From: Escherichia phage T4_ev151
DNA: 64,000 nt
Strand: one strand, 5' to 3'
Sequence record: LR597660
The notes under the pieces were generated by a model. It did no database searches. It saw only the letters and a program-made list of their open reading frames with translations, and was not told the origin of the DNA. Every line of letters starts with the position of its first letter. Position 1 is the first letter of the stretch. Below, piece after piece: positions 48,267 to 59,170 of this stretch. Position numbers and translations under genes: made by a program.

Positions 48267-48494
48267 TTACCCCATATCTCTCATATGCATATCAATGCCC
48301 ATATCTTTAGAATAAAAATATTCATCAAGATATCCGGCAAATTTTCCTTTAATATAAAGGACATCTTCACCACACGGGTGGTCGGCCAGGATACGAATAT
48401 CCTGACGCTTAATATTATGCTTTTTCATTAAGAATTGAATTTCCGTTTCAAATTCTTCTTCATAATTAAAAGCATCATCAATGTTATATCTCAT
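48267..48494 (-). CDS. uvsY-upstream hypothetical protein (uvsY.-1/-2-like)
   Basis: 75-aa ORF sharing the ATGA overlap with the uvsY stop-side neighbour. Confidence 0.5.
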   Translation of the reverse strand: MRYNIDDAFNYEEEFETEIQFLMKKHNIKRQDIRILADHPCGEDVLYIKGKFAGYLDEYFYSKDMGIDMHMRDMG

Positions 48495-48907
48495 TATTTT
48501 CCAGCCTCAAATGCTCGCATGTCTTGAATATGCTTAATAGCAAATCCACGTGATTTAATAGCATCAAGAGCTCCGCTACAGAAATCTAATAAAATCCCCC
48601 AATACTGTAACGAGGTATCAACCTTTAAAACATCCTTATCAGCTGATAGAACTGTCTTCATTTCTGATTTCTCGTAACGATCCATACTAAATTCATCACC
48701 ATCTCCTCGTCCCGAGTAGTAGTCTAATTTAGCTTTAAGAGCAACTTTTTTCTGTGCGTCAATTCTAAGCATTTCCTTTTTAATACTTGAATGCTTATTA
48801 AGCCATTTACTATATAACATCACATTATTAGCTGCTTCATACTGTAATTTAGTCGAATCTATAAACACATCTTTCTTCAATTCTTCTTGAAGATCTTCTA
48901 ATCTCAT
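48494..48907 (-). CDS. uvsY: UvsY recombination mediator
   Basis: 137 aa as T4 UvsY; synteny between gene 25 and uvsW. Confidence 0.85.
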   Translation of the reverse strand: MRLEDLQEELKKDVFIDSTKLQYEAANNVMLYSKWLNKHSSIKKEMLRIDAQKKVALKAKLDYYSGRGDGDEFSMDRYEKSEMKTVLSADKDVLKVDTSLQYWGILLDFCSGALDAIKSRGFAIKHIQDMRAFEAGK

Positions 48908-48945
48908 ATTGTTCTCTATTCAATTGTTATTGGATGGACTTAGAT

Positions 48946-48973
48946 TCATTATACCACGTTTTAACGTGAAGCA
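48946..48973 (-). promoter_or_regulatory. MotA-dependent middle promoter (MotA box AATGCTTCA, 12-nt spacer, -10 TATAAT) upstream of uvsY
   Basis: Minus-strand read AATGCTTCA-CGTTAAAACGTG-GTATAAT immediately after the gene 25 stop; T4 uvsY is a middle gene. Confidence 0.5.
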
Positions 48974-49372
48974 TTATACTCTATTACTGGAAGCCAGTTG
49001 CAGTTTTATCTGCTCAATATCATCGGGGTTATCGATGACCGAAAAGCGTATTTCTACTATCAGAGTATAATCATCATAAACCGGTATTACATTAACTGCT
49101 AATTTATCAATACGTGGCTCATAGTTTCTTACTGCGCTTTCGATGTTACGCTCAACCGTATCAGCAGTAAGAGGAGTCATATTTTCAAAAAGCTGATCTG
49201 ATAAATCACATCCAAATTCAGGGTCAAATGGTCTTGAACCTTTTCTTGTTGTAATAATTCCTAAAAGACTGTTTTTAATTGACCTTAATCCAAGCGATCT
49301 GGAAACGTCTTTGTTCCAATCCATTTTCATTTCCGGGTCAATGTCAGAATAAAGCTTATTAATATTTGACAT
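48974..49372 (-). CDS. 25: gp25 baseplate wedge protein (LysM-like fold)
   Basis: 132 aa as T4 gp25; synteny. Confidence 0.9.
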   Translation of the reverse strand: MSNINKLYSDIDPEMKMDWNKDVSRSLGLRSIKNSLLGIITTRKGSRPFDPEFGCDLSDQLFENMTPLTADTVERNIESAVRNYEPRIDKLAVNVIPVYDDYTLIVEIRFSVIDNPDDIEQIKLQLASSNRV

Positions 49373-49998
49373 TATAGTAACTCAAAGAACTCTTTGAGGC
49401 CTCTTATTACGTGAGCATGGGTTTTTCCACACTCTGGACACTTAATTGGAACAGCCAAATAAACGGTAGGTTTTAAAAGCATATCTTTTATAGCTACAAT
49501 ATCTGACTCTGTGATGATAGAATATAAATCTTCTAGTTCCTTTTCATTTAAGTCTTCAACTGGAATGCTTTCCCCGTTAGCATGAATCGTTTCTATGCAT
49601 GATACTATCATGTGGGCTATATTTTTATCATCAAAAATTTTAGGGTATCGGAATTTAATTTTAATGTCACCCAGTGTATACCAGAGGTCTTCTGGTGCAT
49701 CTATTTGTGTATGTAATAGATTTATATGGGTTGGTATTTCAGTTCCACAGGTGCACTTCCAGGAGTTTTCGTGATTAACTTCACCGAGAGAATGTGCCCA
49801 TAAATGAATCAACAATAGTTCTGATTCTTGGCGGTTTAAATCTTTTGCATTTGTGCAGTCTTTGATTAGCTTTTTAACAATTACTTCTACGGAACCATTA
49901 TTTTTGGCAGTAATAAGTTCTAGATATTCTTTAAGCGTGAATGCGCGACAATTGATTATTTTAGAACCAACTCTCACATCAAATTTGTATTCATACAT
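49372..49998 (-). CDS. 26: gp26 baseplate hub protein
   Basis: 208 aa as T4 gp26; synteny. Confidence 0.85.
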   Translation of the reverse strand: MYEYKFDVRVGSKIINCRAFTLKEYLELITAKNNGSVEVIVKKLIKDCTNAKDLNRQESELLLIHLWAHSLGEVNHENSWKCTCGTEIPTHINLLHTQIDAPEDLWYTLGDIKIKFRYPKIFDDKNIAHMIVSCIETIHANGESIPVEDLNEKELEDLYSIITESDIVAIKDMLLKPTVYLAVPIKCPECGKTHAHVIRGLKEFFELL

Positions 49999-50020
49999 AT
50001 TTAGCTCCTTTATTTATCAT

Positions 50021-50032
50021 ATTTATAAATAG
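50021..50032. promoter_or_regulatory. overlapping divergent T4 late promoters (TATTTATAAATA) for gene 26 (minus) and gene 51 (plus)
   Basis: TATAAATA reads on both strands within a 12-nt palindrome-like element in the 26/51 intergenic region. Confidence 0.55.
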
Positions 50033-50048
50033 AATAAAAGGAGCATCT

Positions 50049-50798
50049 ATGGCAAACATTATTCGTTGTAAATTACCAGATGGTGTTCATCGTTTTAAAC
50101 CATTTACGGTAGAAGATTATCGAGATTTTTTGTTAGTTCGAAACGATATAGAACATCGGTCACCGCAAGAACAAAAAGAAATAATTACTGATTTAATTGA
50201 TGATTATTTTGGAGACTATCCGAAGACTTGGCAACCATTTATATTTTTGCAGGTATTTGTAGGGTCGATAGGTAAAACTAAAGTACCGGTCACATTTGTA
50301 TGTCCAAAATGTAAAAAAGAAAAGACAGTTCCATTTGAAATATACCAAAAAGAATTAAAGGAACCTGTTTTTGATGTAGCTAATGTTAAAATTAAATTAA
50401 AGTTTCCTTCTGAGTTTTATGAAAATAAAGCAAAGATGATTACTGAAAATATTCATTCTGTTCAAGTAGATGAAATTTGGTATGATTGGAAGGAAATTAG
50501 CGAATCCAGTCAAATAGAACTCGTTGACGCCATCGAGATAGAAACATTAGAAAAAATTCTCGATGCAATGAATCCTATTAATTTAACTCTACATATGTCA
50601 TGCTGTAATAAGTACATTAAAAAATACACTGATATAGTAGATGTGTTTAAGCTATTAGTTAACCCAGATGAGATATTTACTTTTTATCAAATTAACCACA
50701 CACTTGTAAAAAGCAATTATAGCTTAAATTCAATAATGAAAATGATTCCTGCCGAGCGCGGATTCGTATTAAAACTGATTGAGAAGGATAAACAATAA
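50049..50798 (+). CDS. 51: gp51 baseplate hub assembly catalyst
   Basis: 249 aa as T4 gp51; synteny. Confidence 0.85.
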   Translation: MANIIRCKLPDGVHRFKPFTVEDYRDFLLVRNDIEHRSPQEQKEIITDLIDDYFGDYPKTWQPFIFLQVFVGSIGKTKVPVTFVCPKCKKEKTVPFEIYQKELKEPVFDVANVKIKLKFPSEFYENKAKMITENIHSVQVDEIWYDWKEISESSQIELVDAIEIETLEKILDAMNPINLTLHMSCCNKYIKKYTDIVDVFKLLVNPDEIFTFYQINHTLVKSNYSLNSIMKMIPAERGFVLKLIEKDKQ

Positions 50799-51973
50799 TG
50801 AGTATGTTGCAACGCCCCGGATATCCAAATCTCAGCGTTAAATTATTTGATAGCTACGACGCTTGGAGTAATAATAGATTTGTTGAATTAGCTGCTACTA
50901 TTACCACATTAACTATGCGGGATTCTCTTTATGGCCGAAATGAAGGAATGCTGCAGTTTTATGATTCTAAAAACATCCATACAAAAATGGATGGAAATGA
51001 AATAATTCAGATTTCTGTAGCTAATGCAAATGATATTAATAATGTTAAAACACGAATTTATGGATGTAAGCATTTTTCCGTGTCAGTAGATTCAAAAGGT
51101 GATAACATCATTGCTATTGAATTGGGAACTATTCATTCTATAGAAAATCTTAAATTCGGTAGACCATTTTTCCCTGATGCAGGTGAATCTATAAAAGAAA
51201 TGCTTGGTGTCATTTATCAGGATCGCACATTATTAACTCCAGCAATAAATGCTATAAATGCTTATGTTCCTGATATTCCGTGGACTAGCACATTTGAAAA
51301 CTATTTGTCATATGTAAGAGAAGTTGCTCTAGCTGTAGGAAGCGACAAATTTGTATTTGTATGGCAAGACATCATGGGAGTTAACATGATGGACTATGAT
51401 ATGATGATAAATCAAGAACCATATCCAATGATTGTCGGTGAGCCATCTTTAATAGGTCAATTTGTCCAAGAATTAAAATATCCATTAGCATATGATTTCG
51501 TTTGGTTGACTAAATCGAATCCTCACAAACGTGACCCAATGAAAAATGCTACTATCTATGCTCATTCATTTTTAGATTCTTCACTGCCAATGATTACTAC
51601 AGGAAAGGGCGAAAACTCTATTGTAGTGTCAAGGTCAGGTGCTTATTCTGAAATGACTTATAGGAATGGATATGAAGAAGCCATTCGTCTTCAAACTATG
51701 GCACAATATGACGGTTATGCTAAATGTTCTACTGTCGGTAATTTTAACTTGACTCCTGGTGTTAAAATTATTTTTAATGATAGTAAAAACCAATTTAAAA
51801 CAGAATTTTACGTTGATGAAGTCATCCATGAATTATCAAATAATAATTCGGTAACTCATCTATATATGTTCACTAATGCAACGAAACTGGAAACAATAGA
51901 CCCAGTTAAGGTTAAAAATGAATTTAAATCTGATACTACCACTGAAGAAAGTAGTTCTTCCAATAAGCAATAA
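50798..51973 (+). CDS. 27: gp27 baseplate hub protein
   Basis: 391 aa as T4 gp27; synteny. Confidence 0.9.
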   Translation: MSMLQRPGYPNLSVKLFDSYDAWSNNRFVELAATITTLTMRDSLYGRNEGMLQFYDSKNIHTKMDGNEIIQISVANANDINNVKTRIYGCKHFSVSVDSKGDNIIAIELGTIHSIENLKFGRPFFPDAGESIKEMLGVIYQDRTLLTPAINAINAYVPDIPWTSTFENYLSYVREVALAVGSDKFVFVWQDIMGVNMMDYDMMINQEPYPMIVGEPSLIGQFVQELKYPLAYDFVWLTKSNPHKRDPMKNATIYAHSFLDSSLPMITTGKGENSIVVSRSGAYSEMTYRNGYEEAIRLQTMAQYDGYAKCSTVGNFNLTPGVKIIFNDSKNQFKTEFYVDEVIHELSNNNSVTHLYMFTNATKLETIDPVKVKNEFKSDTTTEESSSSNKQ

Positions 51974-52451
51974 AGAAGTTTCTATTCCTAAAATGGGTCT
52001 TAAACATTATAACATTTTAAAAGATGTTAAAGGTCCTGATGAAAATTTAAAACTTCTTATTGATTCTATTTGCCCGAATTTGTCACCAGCAGAAGTTGAT
52101 TTCGTTTCTATTCATTTATTGGAATTTAATGGAAAGATTAAATCTCGTAAAGAAATAGATGGTTATACTTATGACATTAATGATGTTTATGTATGCCAAA
52201 GATTAGAATTTCAATACCAAGGAAATACATTTTATTTTAGACCTCCTGGAAAATTTGAACAATTTTTAACGGTGAGCGATATGTTATCCAAATGCTTGCT
52301 TAAGGTCAATGATGAAGTTAAAGAAATTAATTTTCTTGAGATGCCAGCATTCGTTTTAAAATGGGCAAATGATATTTTTACAACTTTAGCAATTCCTGGC
52401 CCTAATGGTCCAATAACTGGAATTGGCAATATTATTGGATTATTTGAATGA
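51918..52451 (+). CDS. 28: gp28 baseplate hub distal subunit
   Basis: 177 aa as T4 gp28; overlaps the gene 27 end. Confidence 0.85.
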   Translation: MNLNLILPLKKVVLPISNKEVSIPKMGLKHYNILKDVKGPDENLKLLIDSICPNLSPAEVDFVSIHLLEFNGKIKSRKEIDGYTYDINDVYVCQRLEFQYQGNTFYFRPPGKFEQFLTVSDMLSKCLLKVNDEVKEINFLEMPAFVLKWANDIFTTLAIPGPNGPITGIGNIIGLFE

Positions 52452-54220
52452 AAAAGCCACAAGAAATGCAAACGATGCGTAGAAAAGTTATTTCAGATAA
52501 TAAACCAACACAGGAAGCGGCTAAATCCGCTTCTAATACTTTATCTGGGCTTAATGACATTTCTACGAAATTGGATGATGCTCAAGCTGCTTCTGAATTA
52601 ATAGCTCAAACTGTCGAAGAAAAATCGAATGAAATAGTTGGAGCAATTGGTAACGTAGAAAGCGCAGTGAGTGATACTACTGCCGGTTCTGAGTTAATTG
52701 CTGAAACTGTCGAAATTGGCAACAATATTAATAAAGAAATCGGTGAATCACTCGGAAGCAAATTAGATAAATTAACAAGTTTACTAGAGCAAAAAATTCA
52801 GACAGCTGGAATTCAACAGACTGGAACTAGTTTAGCTACAGTTGAAAGCGCTATTCCTGTTAAAGTCGTTGAGGATGATACTGCTGAATCTGTGGGTCCT
52901 TTATTACCAGCTCCCGAAGCAGTTAATAATGATCCTGACGCTGATTTTTTCCCTACTCCTCAGCCAGTTGAACCCAAGCAAGAATCGCCAGAAGAAAAAC
53001 AGAAAAAAGAAGCATTTAACTTAAAATTATCTCAAGCTTTAGATAAATTAACGAAGACTGTTGATTTTGGATTTAAGAAATCCATTTCAATTACTGATAA
53101 AATATCAAGCATGCTATTTAAGTACACCGTCAGTGCTGCTATTGAAGCTGCTAAAATGACTGCAATGATATTGGCTGTTGTTGTTGGAATAGACCTGTTG
53201 ATGGTTCATTTTAAATACTGGTCAGATAAATTTTCAAAAGCCTGGGATTTATTTAATACTGACTTTACTAAATTCTCTAGCGAAACCGGAACATGGGGTC
53301 CTTTATTACAGAGCATCTTTGATTCTATTGATAAAATTAAACAACTTTGGGAAGCGGGAGATTGGGGTGGATTGACAACAGCTATCATAGAAGGACTTGG
53401 AAGTGTTCTTTTTAATTTAGGAGAGCTTATTCAATTAGGTATGGCTAAATTATCTGCAGCAATTCTTCGAGTCATTCCTGGTATGAAGGATACTGCTGAT
53501 GAAGTAGAAGGAAGAGCATTGGAAAATTTCCAAAATTCTACTGGAGCATCTCTCAATAAAGAAGACCAAGAAAAAGTTGCAAATTATCAAGATAAACGAA
53601 TGAACGGAGACCTTGGTCCGATAGCAAAAGGATTAGATAAAATTGCTAATTGGAAAACTCGTGCATCTAATTGGATTCGTGGAGTTGATAATAAAGAAGC
53701 ACTAACTACCGACGAAGAACGCGCAGCAGAAGAAGAAAAATTAAAGCAACTTTCACCTGAAGAAAGAAAAAATGCTTTAATGAAGGCTAATGAAGCCCGT
53801 GCCGCAATGATTCGCTTTGAAAAATATGCTGATTCAGCTGATATGAGTAAAGACTCAACGGTTAAATCTGTTGAATCTGCCTATGAAGACCTTAAAAAAC
53901 GGATGGATGACCCGGATTTAAACAATTCACCGGCAGTTAAAAAAGAACTTGCTGCTAGATTTTCTAAAATTGATGCTACTTATCAAGAGCTCAAGAAAAA
54001 TCAGCCTAATGCCAAACCTGAAACTTCTGCTAAATCGCCAGAAGCGAAACAGGTCCAGGTTATTGAAAAGAACAAAGCACAGCAAGCTCCTGTTCAGCAA
54101 GCATCTCCTTCAATCAATAATACTAATAATGTTATTAAGAAAAATACTGTCGTTCATAATATGACACCCGTAACGAGCACGACTGCTCCTGGTGTATTTG
54201 ATGCGACTGGAGTTAATTAA
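52448..54220 (+). CDS. 29: gp29 tail length tape-measure / baseplate hub protein
   Basis: 590 aa as T4 gp29; synteny. Confidence 0.85.
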   Translation: MKKPQEMQTMRRKVISDNKPTQEAAKSASNTLSGLNDISTKLDDAQAASELIAQTVEEKSNEIVGAIGNVESAVSDTTAGSELIAETVEIGNNINKEIGESLGSKLDKLTSLLEQKIQTAGIQQTGTSLATVESAIPVKVVEDDTAESVGPLLPAPEAVNNDPDADFFPTPQPVEPKQESPEEKQKKEAFNLKLSQALDKLTKTVDFGFKKSISITDKISSMLFKYTVSAAIEAAKMTAMILAVVVGIDLLMVHFKYWSDKFSKAWDLFNTDFTKFSSETGTWGPLLQSIFDSIDKIKQLWEAGDWGGLTTAIIEGLGSVLFNLGELIQLGMAKLSAAILRVIPGMKDTADEVEGRALENFQNSTGASLNKEDQEKVANYQDKRMNGDLGPIAKGLDKIANWKTRASNWIRGVDNKEALTTDEERAAEEEKLKQLSPEERKNALMKANEARAAMIRFEKYADSADMSKDSTVKSVESAYEDLKKRMDDPDLNNSPAVKKELAARFSKIDATYQELKKNQPNAKPETSAKSPEAKQVQVIEKNKAQQAPVQQASPSINNTNNVIKKNTVVHNMTPVTSTTAPGVFDATGVN

Positions 54221-54228
54221 GGAATAAT

Positions 54229-55323
54229 ATGGCAATTGTTAAAGAAATAACTACTGATTTAATTAAAAAGTCCGGTGAGAAAATTTCAGCCGGACAGAGC
54301 ACTAAATCAGAAGTAGTAACTAAAACATACACTGCCCAGTTTCCAACTGGGCGTGCTAGTGGTAATGACACTACAGGGGACTTCCAGGTAACAGATCTAT
54401 ATAAGAATGGATTATTATTTACTGCATACAATATGTCATCTAGGGATTCTGGAAGTCTTAGAACGATGAGATCTAACTACTCTTCTTCATCTTCGAGTAT
54501 TTTACGTACAGCCAGAAACACTATCAGTAGTACAGTATCAAAACTATCAAATGGATTAATATCAAATAATAATTCAGGAACAATAAGTAAAGCTCCTGTC
54601 GCAAACATTCTTTTACCGAGATCTAAATCTGATGTTGACACATCATCACATAGATTTAATGATGTTCAAGAAAGTCTTATCAGCAGAGGCGGAGGTACTG
54701 CTACTGGTGTGCTAAGTAATGTTGCTTCAACCGCAGTATTTGGGGCACTGGAAAGTATAACACAAGGTATAATGGCTGATAATAATGAACAGATTTATAC
54801 GACAGCCAGAAGTATGTATGGTGGTGCTGAAAATAGAACTAAAGTGTTTACATGGGATTTGACTCCACGTTCAACAGAAGATTTAATGGCTATTATTAAT
54901 ATCTATCAATATTTTAACTATTTTTCTTATGGTGAAACAGGTAAATCTCAACACACTGCTGAAATAAAGGGGTATTTAGATGATTGGTATCGTTCTACGT
55001 TAATTGAACCTTTATCTCCGGAAGACGCAGCTAAAAATAAAACACTATTTGAGAAAATGACAGCAAGTTTAACGAACGTTCTTGTAGTTTCAAACCCGAC
55101 AGTTTGGATGGTGAAAAACTTTGGTGCAACATCTAAGTTTGATGGAAAAACGGAAATATTTGGTCCATGCCAAATACAGAGCATTAGATTTGATAAAACA
55201 CCTAATGGTAACTTTAACGGATTAGCTATTGCTCCAAACCTCCCTAGTACATTTACTCTCGAGATTACTATGAGAGAAATTATCACGTTAAACCGTGCTT
55301 CTTTATATGCGGGGACTTTTTAA
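54229..55323 (+). CDS. 48: gp48 baseplate tail tube cap
   Basis: 364 aa as T4 gp48; synteny. Confidence 0.9.
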   Translation: MAIVKEITTDLIKKSGEKISAGQSTKSEVVTKTYTAQFPTGRASGNDTTGDFQVTDLYKNGLLFTAYNMSSRDSGSLRTMRSNYSSSSSSILRTARNTISSTVSKLSNGLISNNNSGTISKAPVANILLPRSKSDVDTSSHRFNDVQESLISRGGGTATGVLSNVASTAVFGALESITQGIMADNNEQIYTTARSMYGGAENRTKVFTWDLTPRSTEDLMAIINIYQYFNYFSYGETGKSQHTAEIKGYLDDWYRSTLIEPLSPEDAAKNKTLFEKMTASLTNVLVVSNPTVWMVKNFGATSKFDGKTEIFGPCQIQSIRFDKTPNGNFNGLAIAPNLPSTFTLEITMREIITLNRASLYAGTF

Positions 55324-56288
55324 TGTATTCTTTAGAGGAATTTAATAATCAAGCAATAAACGCAGATTTCCAACGTAATAATATGTTTAGCTGCGTTTTT
55401 GCAACAACTCCATCAACTAAAAGCTCTTCGTTGATAAGTTCAATTAGCAACTTTTCTTATAATAACTTGGGCCTAAATTCAGATTGGTTAGGATTAACTC
55501 AAGGCGATATTAATCAGGGAATTACCACGCTAATTACAGCTGGCACACAAAAACTGATAAGAAAATCAGGGGTTAGTAAATATCTTATTGGTGCCATGAG
55601 TCAACGTACAGTTCAAAGTTTATTAGGCTCATTTACAGTTGGTACATATTTAATTGACTTCTTTAACATGGCATATAACTCATCTGGATTGATGATATAC
55701 TCTGTAAAAATGCCAGAGAATAGATTATCCTATGAAACTGACTGGAACTATAATTCTCCTAATATTCGTATAACTGGGAGAGAATTAGACCCTTTGGTTA
55801 TTTCATTTAGAATGGATTCAGAAGCTTGTAACTATCGTGCAATGCAAGACTGGGTTAACTCTGTTCAAGACCCAGTAACTGGATTGCGTGCTTTGCCACA
55901 AGATGTCGAGGCAGATATTCAGGTTAATCTTCATTCTCGCAATGGATTACCTCATACTGCGGTGATGTTCACTGGATGCATTCCAGTGTCAGTGAGCGCT
56001 CCTGAGTTATCATATGATGGAGATAACCAAATAACTACATTTGATGTTACTTTTGCGTATAGAGTGATGCAGGCTGGAGCAGTTGATAGGCAAGCTGCGC
56101 TTGAATGGCTTGAATCTGCTGCTATAAATGGTATTCAAAGCGTTCTTGGAAATAGTGGAGGTGTTACTGGACTATCTAATTCGCTTTCACGACTTAGTAG
56201 ATTAGGAGGGACTGCAGGAAGCATTTCAAACATTAATACTATGACAGGGATTGTCAATTCGCAAAGTAAAATATTAGGAGCAATATAA
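55323..56288 (+). CDS. 54: gp54 baseplate tail tube initiator
   Basis: 321 aa; synteny. Confidence 0.9.
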   Translation: MYSLEEFNNQAINADFQRNNMFSCVFATTPSTKSSSLISSISNFSYNNLGLNSDWLGLTQGDINQGITTLITAGTQKLIRKSGVSKYLIGAMSQRTVQSLLGSFTVGTYLIDFFNMAYNSSGLMIYSVKMPENRLSYETDWNYNSPNIRITGRELDPLVISFRMDSEACNYRAMQDWVNSVQDPVTGLRALPQDVEADIQVNLHSRNGLPHTAVMFTGCIPVSVSAPELSYDGDNQITTFDVTFAYRVMQAGAVDRQAALEWLESAAINGIQSVLGNSGGVTGLSNSLSRLSRLGGTAGSISNINTMTGIVNSQSKILGAI

Positions 56289-56292
56289 CAAT

Positions 56293-56310
56293 GGGGACCT
56301 TTCGGTCCCC
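56293..56310. terminator. bidirectional hairpin GGGGACC-UUUC-GGUCCCC between convergent gene 54 and the alt-side block
   Basis: 7-bp GC stem; T-run on the plus side (ATATTTTTATTT). Confidence 0.6.
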
Positions 56311-56316
56311 ATATTT

Positions 56317-56607
56317 TTATTTACGGAATGAAATGAAAGCAGAAACTGAAGCAACTAAACTGTCTTCAATATAAACTTCAATTTTTACCGGAGCTTCTGA
56401 CTCAAATTTACCTGTTACTACACCCTGAAAAATACTTTCAGTTTGTTCTGGCTTTGAAAAATTTTCAGAAGGAAAAATTCCGAACTTTTTATCTGTTCCA
56501 AAAATTTTAATAAATTCATCGTAAACTGCTTCATTAAAAGCATTATCAGCAGGAATAACGCCTTCAACTACAAGTTCTTGACCCAAAAAGCGCAAAGAAG
56601 ATTTCAT
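56317..56607 (-). CDS. alt-downstream hypothetical protein (alt.-3-like)
   Basis: 96-aa ORF, last gene of the minus-strand alt block. Confidence 0.5.
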   Translation of the reverse strand: MKSSLRFLGQELVVEGVIPADNAFNEAVYDEFIKIFGTDKKFGIFPSENFSKPEQTESIFQGVVTGKFESEAPVKIEVYIEDSLVASVSAFISFRK

Positions 56608-56639
56608 TTTGTGTTCCTCATGTTATGTCAGTAAGACTA

Positions 56640-57025
56640 CTATAACACAACACGAGGGACTTGTAAACTACATTTTGAACTTTTTAGTACGCGTAATAGG
56701 CATGCGTCGATTTTATACTGTTTCATTGTTTGAAGAGCAGTATCAAAAACAGCATTAATGACACCAATTGGATTTCCACCCAAGTTTTTAAGCTTAACTA
56801 ATGATAGTTTCTCATTAACACCTATCATTACGATATGCATCATTTTGTCGCCTGGTTTAACGTTTTATCTGTATCACCGCCAGAGGTGTATGTACAAAAT
56901 CTAAATCCAGGAAGCACGCTTTCTTCGCCGGCTTGAATAGCAAAAATTTGTGGTATTTTATGCTTAGGATTTAAGTTAACAACCGGCGCCGAAGCGCCGT
57001 CAAATAATTCTGTAATAAGTTCCAT
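56640..57025 (-). pseudogene. decayed duplicate of the alt N-terminal region (two frameshifted fragments, first retains the capsid-targeting sequence)
   Basis: Fragment 1 (56840..57025) MELITELFDGASAPVVNLNPKHKIPQIFAIQAGEESVLPGFRFCTYTSGGDTDK aligns to Alt residues 1-55; fragment 2 (56640..56843) MMHIVMIGVNEK...KQYKIDACLLRVLKS aligns to the following Alt residues; a 1-nt deletion relative to alt at the junction. Confidence 0.65.
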
Positions 57026-57028
57026 GAT

Positions 57029-59116
57029 TTATCCTTGAACGAACTTGTAAGGCATATTTGTAATATCTATGCAAGACGCAATAATTCCAAGAGATGATTC
57101 TACTTTCTGTTTAACATTTGACGAAACAAATGATGCAAAGTCAACTCTATTTTCTATATAGCCTGTCATTGTAACCAATTCACCAGTTTCCATTAAACGG
57201 TCTCCGTCATAGATTACCGATTCGGTGAGTTCTTCTGTGGTCATAACTTCAGCTTGAATGAGTTTTGTATTATTAGATGTTGTTCCGTCATTATTAGAAG
57301 CATCAGTTATTTTATTAACTTTGACCATCAATCCACGCGGTAGAATAACTTCAGCTTCAGTTGCTATTCCGAGATTTCCTGGATATACAACATTAACTTT
57401 ATGTGCGCCGTCAATAGCCCATCCTATTTGAACTTTAACGTATTCAGGATTTTCTTTATACGCTCTTATTTCGTTTGGATTAATAGTTATTCCTTCTTCA
57501 TTTTTATCAACTGTTAATTCATTGCGAGCTTCTGGTTCTAAAAGACCAATACCAGCATGTGTAATTCCAAAACGTCCAAAAATGATAGGAGTTAAAGAAG
57601 TAGATACAAAATTTCTGAAATAGAATACTTTATTTTTAACTAGTGCTTCGTATATAGGAGCAGTCATACTTTGAGCACGATAAACTGTAATGCCTTCTGG
57701 TATACGATCACCATTTTCAAAAGCATAATCTAAATTAGTTATAGCAGCTTCAATTTCTTTTTCACTCATTACTTCATAACGTTCTGGATCATAACGACCC
57801 AAAAGAAGATTATTGATGTCAGTATACCCTGAACCACAATACTCTCTAATGCCGCGCTTTTGTGATGGAGTATATTTAGAACCATCACGGGCAATAGTAA
57901 TATCAATCATTGGACCTGCACCAATTCCAGAAAAACTATAAATCATTCTTTTGAGGAATTTAGTTTTTGCTGCGTTCCAGGAATTTTTAGTCATTTCTTC
58001 CCAGACTTCATCTGGCTGCCCTTTACGAGTTTTATTATGTTTATCAAGCCAATTATCTTTATATTCTTCAAAGAGTTGATTAACAGCTGCTGCGTATTTC
58101 TCTAAACATTTTATTGAAGTAGTTGGTTCATTTTTAATTGCATTAAAAATTACTTCTTTAATTTTTTCTGAAACTTCACCGACTTGACTCATTGGAAAGA
58201 ATTTATAATCATAGTGAAGTTCATCTGCCGTTCCTTCAGCAATAATTTTTGCTGCCTTTGTTTTAGAAGCTAATGAATTAATTCCAATTTTCATTTCTTC
58301 TGCTTCGGGAATTAAAGGTGCAGTAGCTGGTTTATTAAAATTAGCTGCTGTAGATTCATACTTCTGGAATAATTCACTTTCAAATCTAGAAGATTCCAAT
58401 GATTGACTTTGCGCAATTGCTCTACGGGAAATTTTAACTTTAACGATTACAGCTTGGTCAGAACGTTTATCATTTTCTTGTGCAATAGATGCTGCAATTG
58501 CCTCATTTTTAGTTACTTGAGCTCCAGTATCTTTATTGATGTAAACATCGCCGACTTTCGATTCAACTTTAGTAAAGAGCTCGGTACTAATTTCCGGAAC
58601 TCCTGGAATGTCTTCTAGTGATACATTTTTGCGATGTATAAGAATATATGCATACTTTTTATCATAATCCCAGAGTTCCTTAAGAAGGACGTATCTGCCA
58701 CCTGAACGGCTACGGATAAGTCTATCAGCAATAACTTGAATTTGTCGAGCTTGACCAGCGGTTTTAGACTTAAGAATACGAAGCATACAAGCATCAATTT
58801 TATACTGACGCATTGTTTGCATTGCAACAGTAAAAACTGAATTGATATAATTAATTGGGCTTGGACCAAGACCTTTTAATTTAGCAATTGAACCTTTAGC
58901 AGTTAATGTAAAAGGAACAATGTGCATCATTTTATCGCCCATCTTTAAATCGCGATTAGTATCACCTCCAGATGTATAGGTACATAAACGAAAGCCTGGT
59001 TGTTCAATTGCATCATCAACATGAACTGAAAAAATTTGCGGTATTTTCTTCTTTGGATTTAAGTTTGTAATCGGAAGAGTAGTATCTTCGTCAAATAATT
59101 CTGTAATGAGTTCCAT
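57029..59116 (-). CDS. alt: Alt, capsid-packaged ADP-ribosyltransferase
   Basis: 695 aa; N-terminal capsid-targeting sequence MELITELFDE; synteny between gene 54 and ligase. Confidence 0.9.
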   Translation of the reverse strand: MELITELFDEDTTLPITNLNPKKKIPQIFSVHVDDAIEQPGFRLCTYTSGGDTNRDLKMGDKMMHIVPFTLTAKGSIAKLKGLGPSPINYINSVFTVAMQTMRQYKIDACMLRILKSKTAGQARQIQVIADRLIRSRSGGRYVLLKELWDYDKKYAYILIHRKNVSLEDIPGVPEISTELFTKVESKVGDVYINKDTGAQVTKNEAIAASIAQENDKRSDQAVIVKVKISRRAIAQSQSLESSRFESELFQKYESTAANFNKPATAPLIPEAEEMKIGINSLASKTKAAKIIAEGTADELHYDYKFFPMSQVGEVSEKIKEVIFNAIKNEPTTSIKCLEKYAAAVNQLFEEYKDNWLDKHNKTRKGQPDEVWEEMTKNSWNAAKTKFLKRMIYSFSGIGAGPMIDITIARDGSKYTPSQKRGIREYCGSGYTDINNLLLGRYDPERYEVMSEKEIEAAITNLDYAFENGDRIPEGITVYRAQSMTAPIYEALVKNKVFYFRNFVSTSLTPIIFGRFGITHAGIGLLEPEARNELTVDKNEEGITINPNEIRAYKENPEYVKVQIGWAIDGAHKVNVVYPGNLGIATEAEVILPRGLMVKVNKITDASNNDGTTSNNTKLIQAEVMTTEELTESVIYDGDRLMETGELVTMTGYIENRVDFASFVSSNVKQKVESSLGIIASCIDITNMPYKFVQG

Positions 59117-59139
59117 TATATCCTCTCTAGTGTTTATTC

Positions 59140-59147
59140 TATTTATA
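59140..59147 (-). promoter_or_regulatory. T4 late promoter TATAAATA (minus strand) for alt
   Basis: Exact TATAAATA on the minus strand about 24 nt upstream of the alt ATG. Confidence 0.5.
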
Positions 59148-59152
59148 AAATT

Positions 59153-59170
59153 AAAGGCCCGAAGGCCTTT
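59153..59170 (-). terminator. hairpin GGCC-UUCG-GGCC (extended AAAGGCC...GGCCUUU) on the minus-strand transcript
   Basis: GC stem with UUCG tetraloop and flanking A/U runs, after the small ORF and before the alt promoter. Confidence 0.5.
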
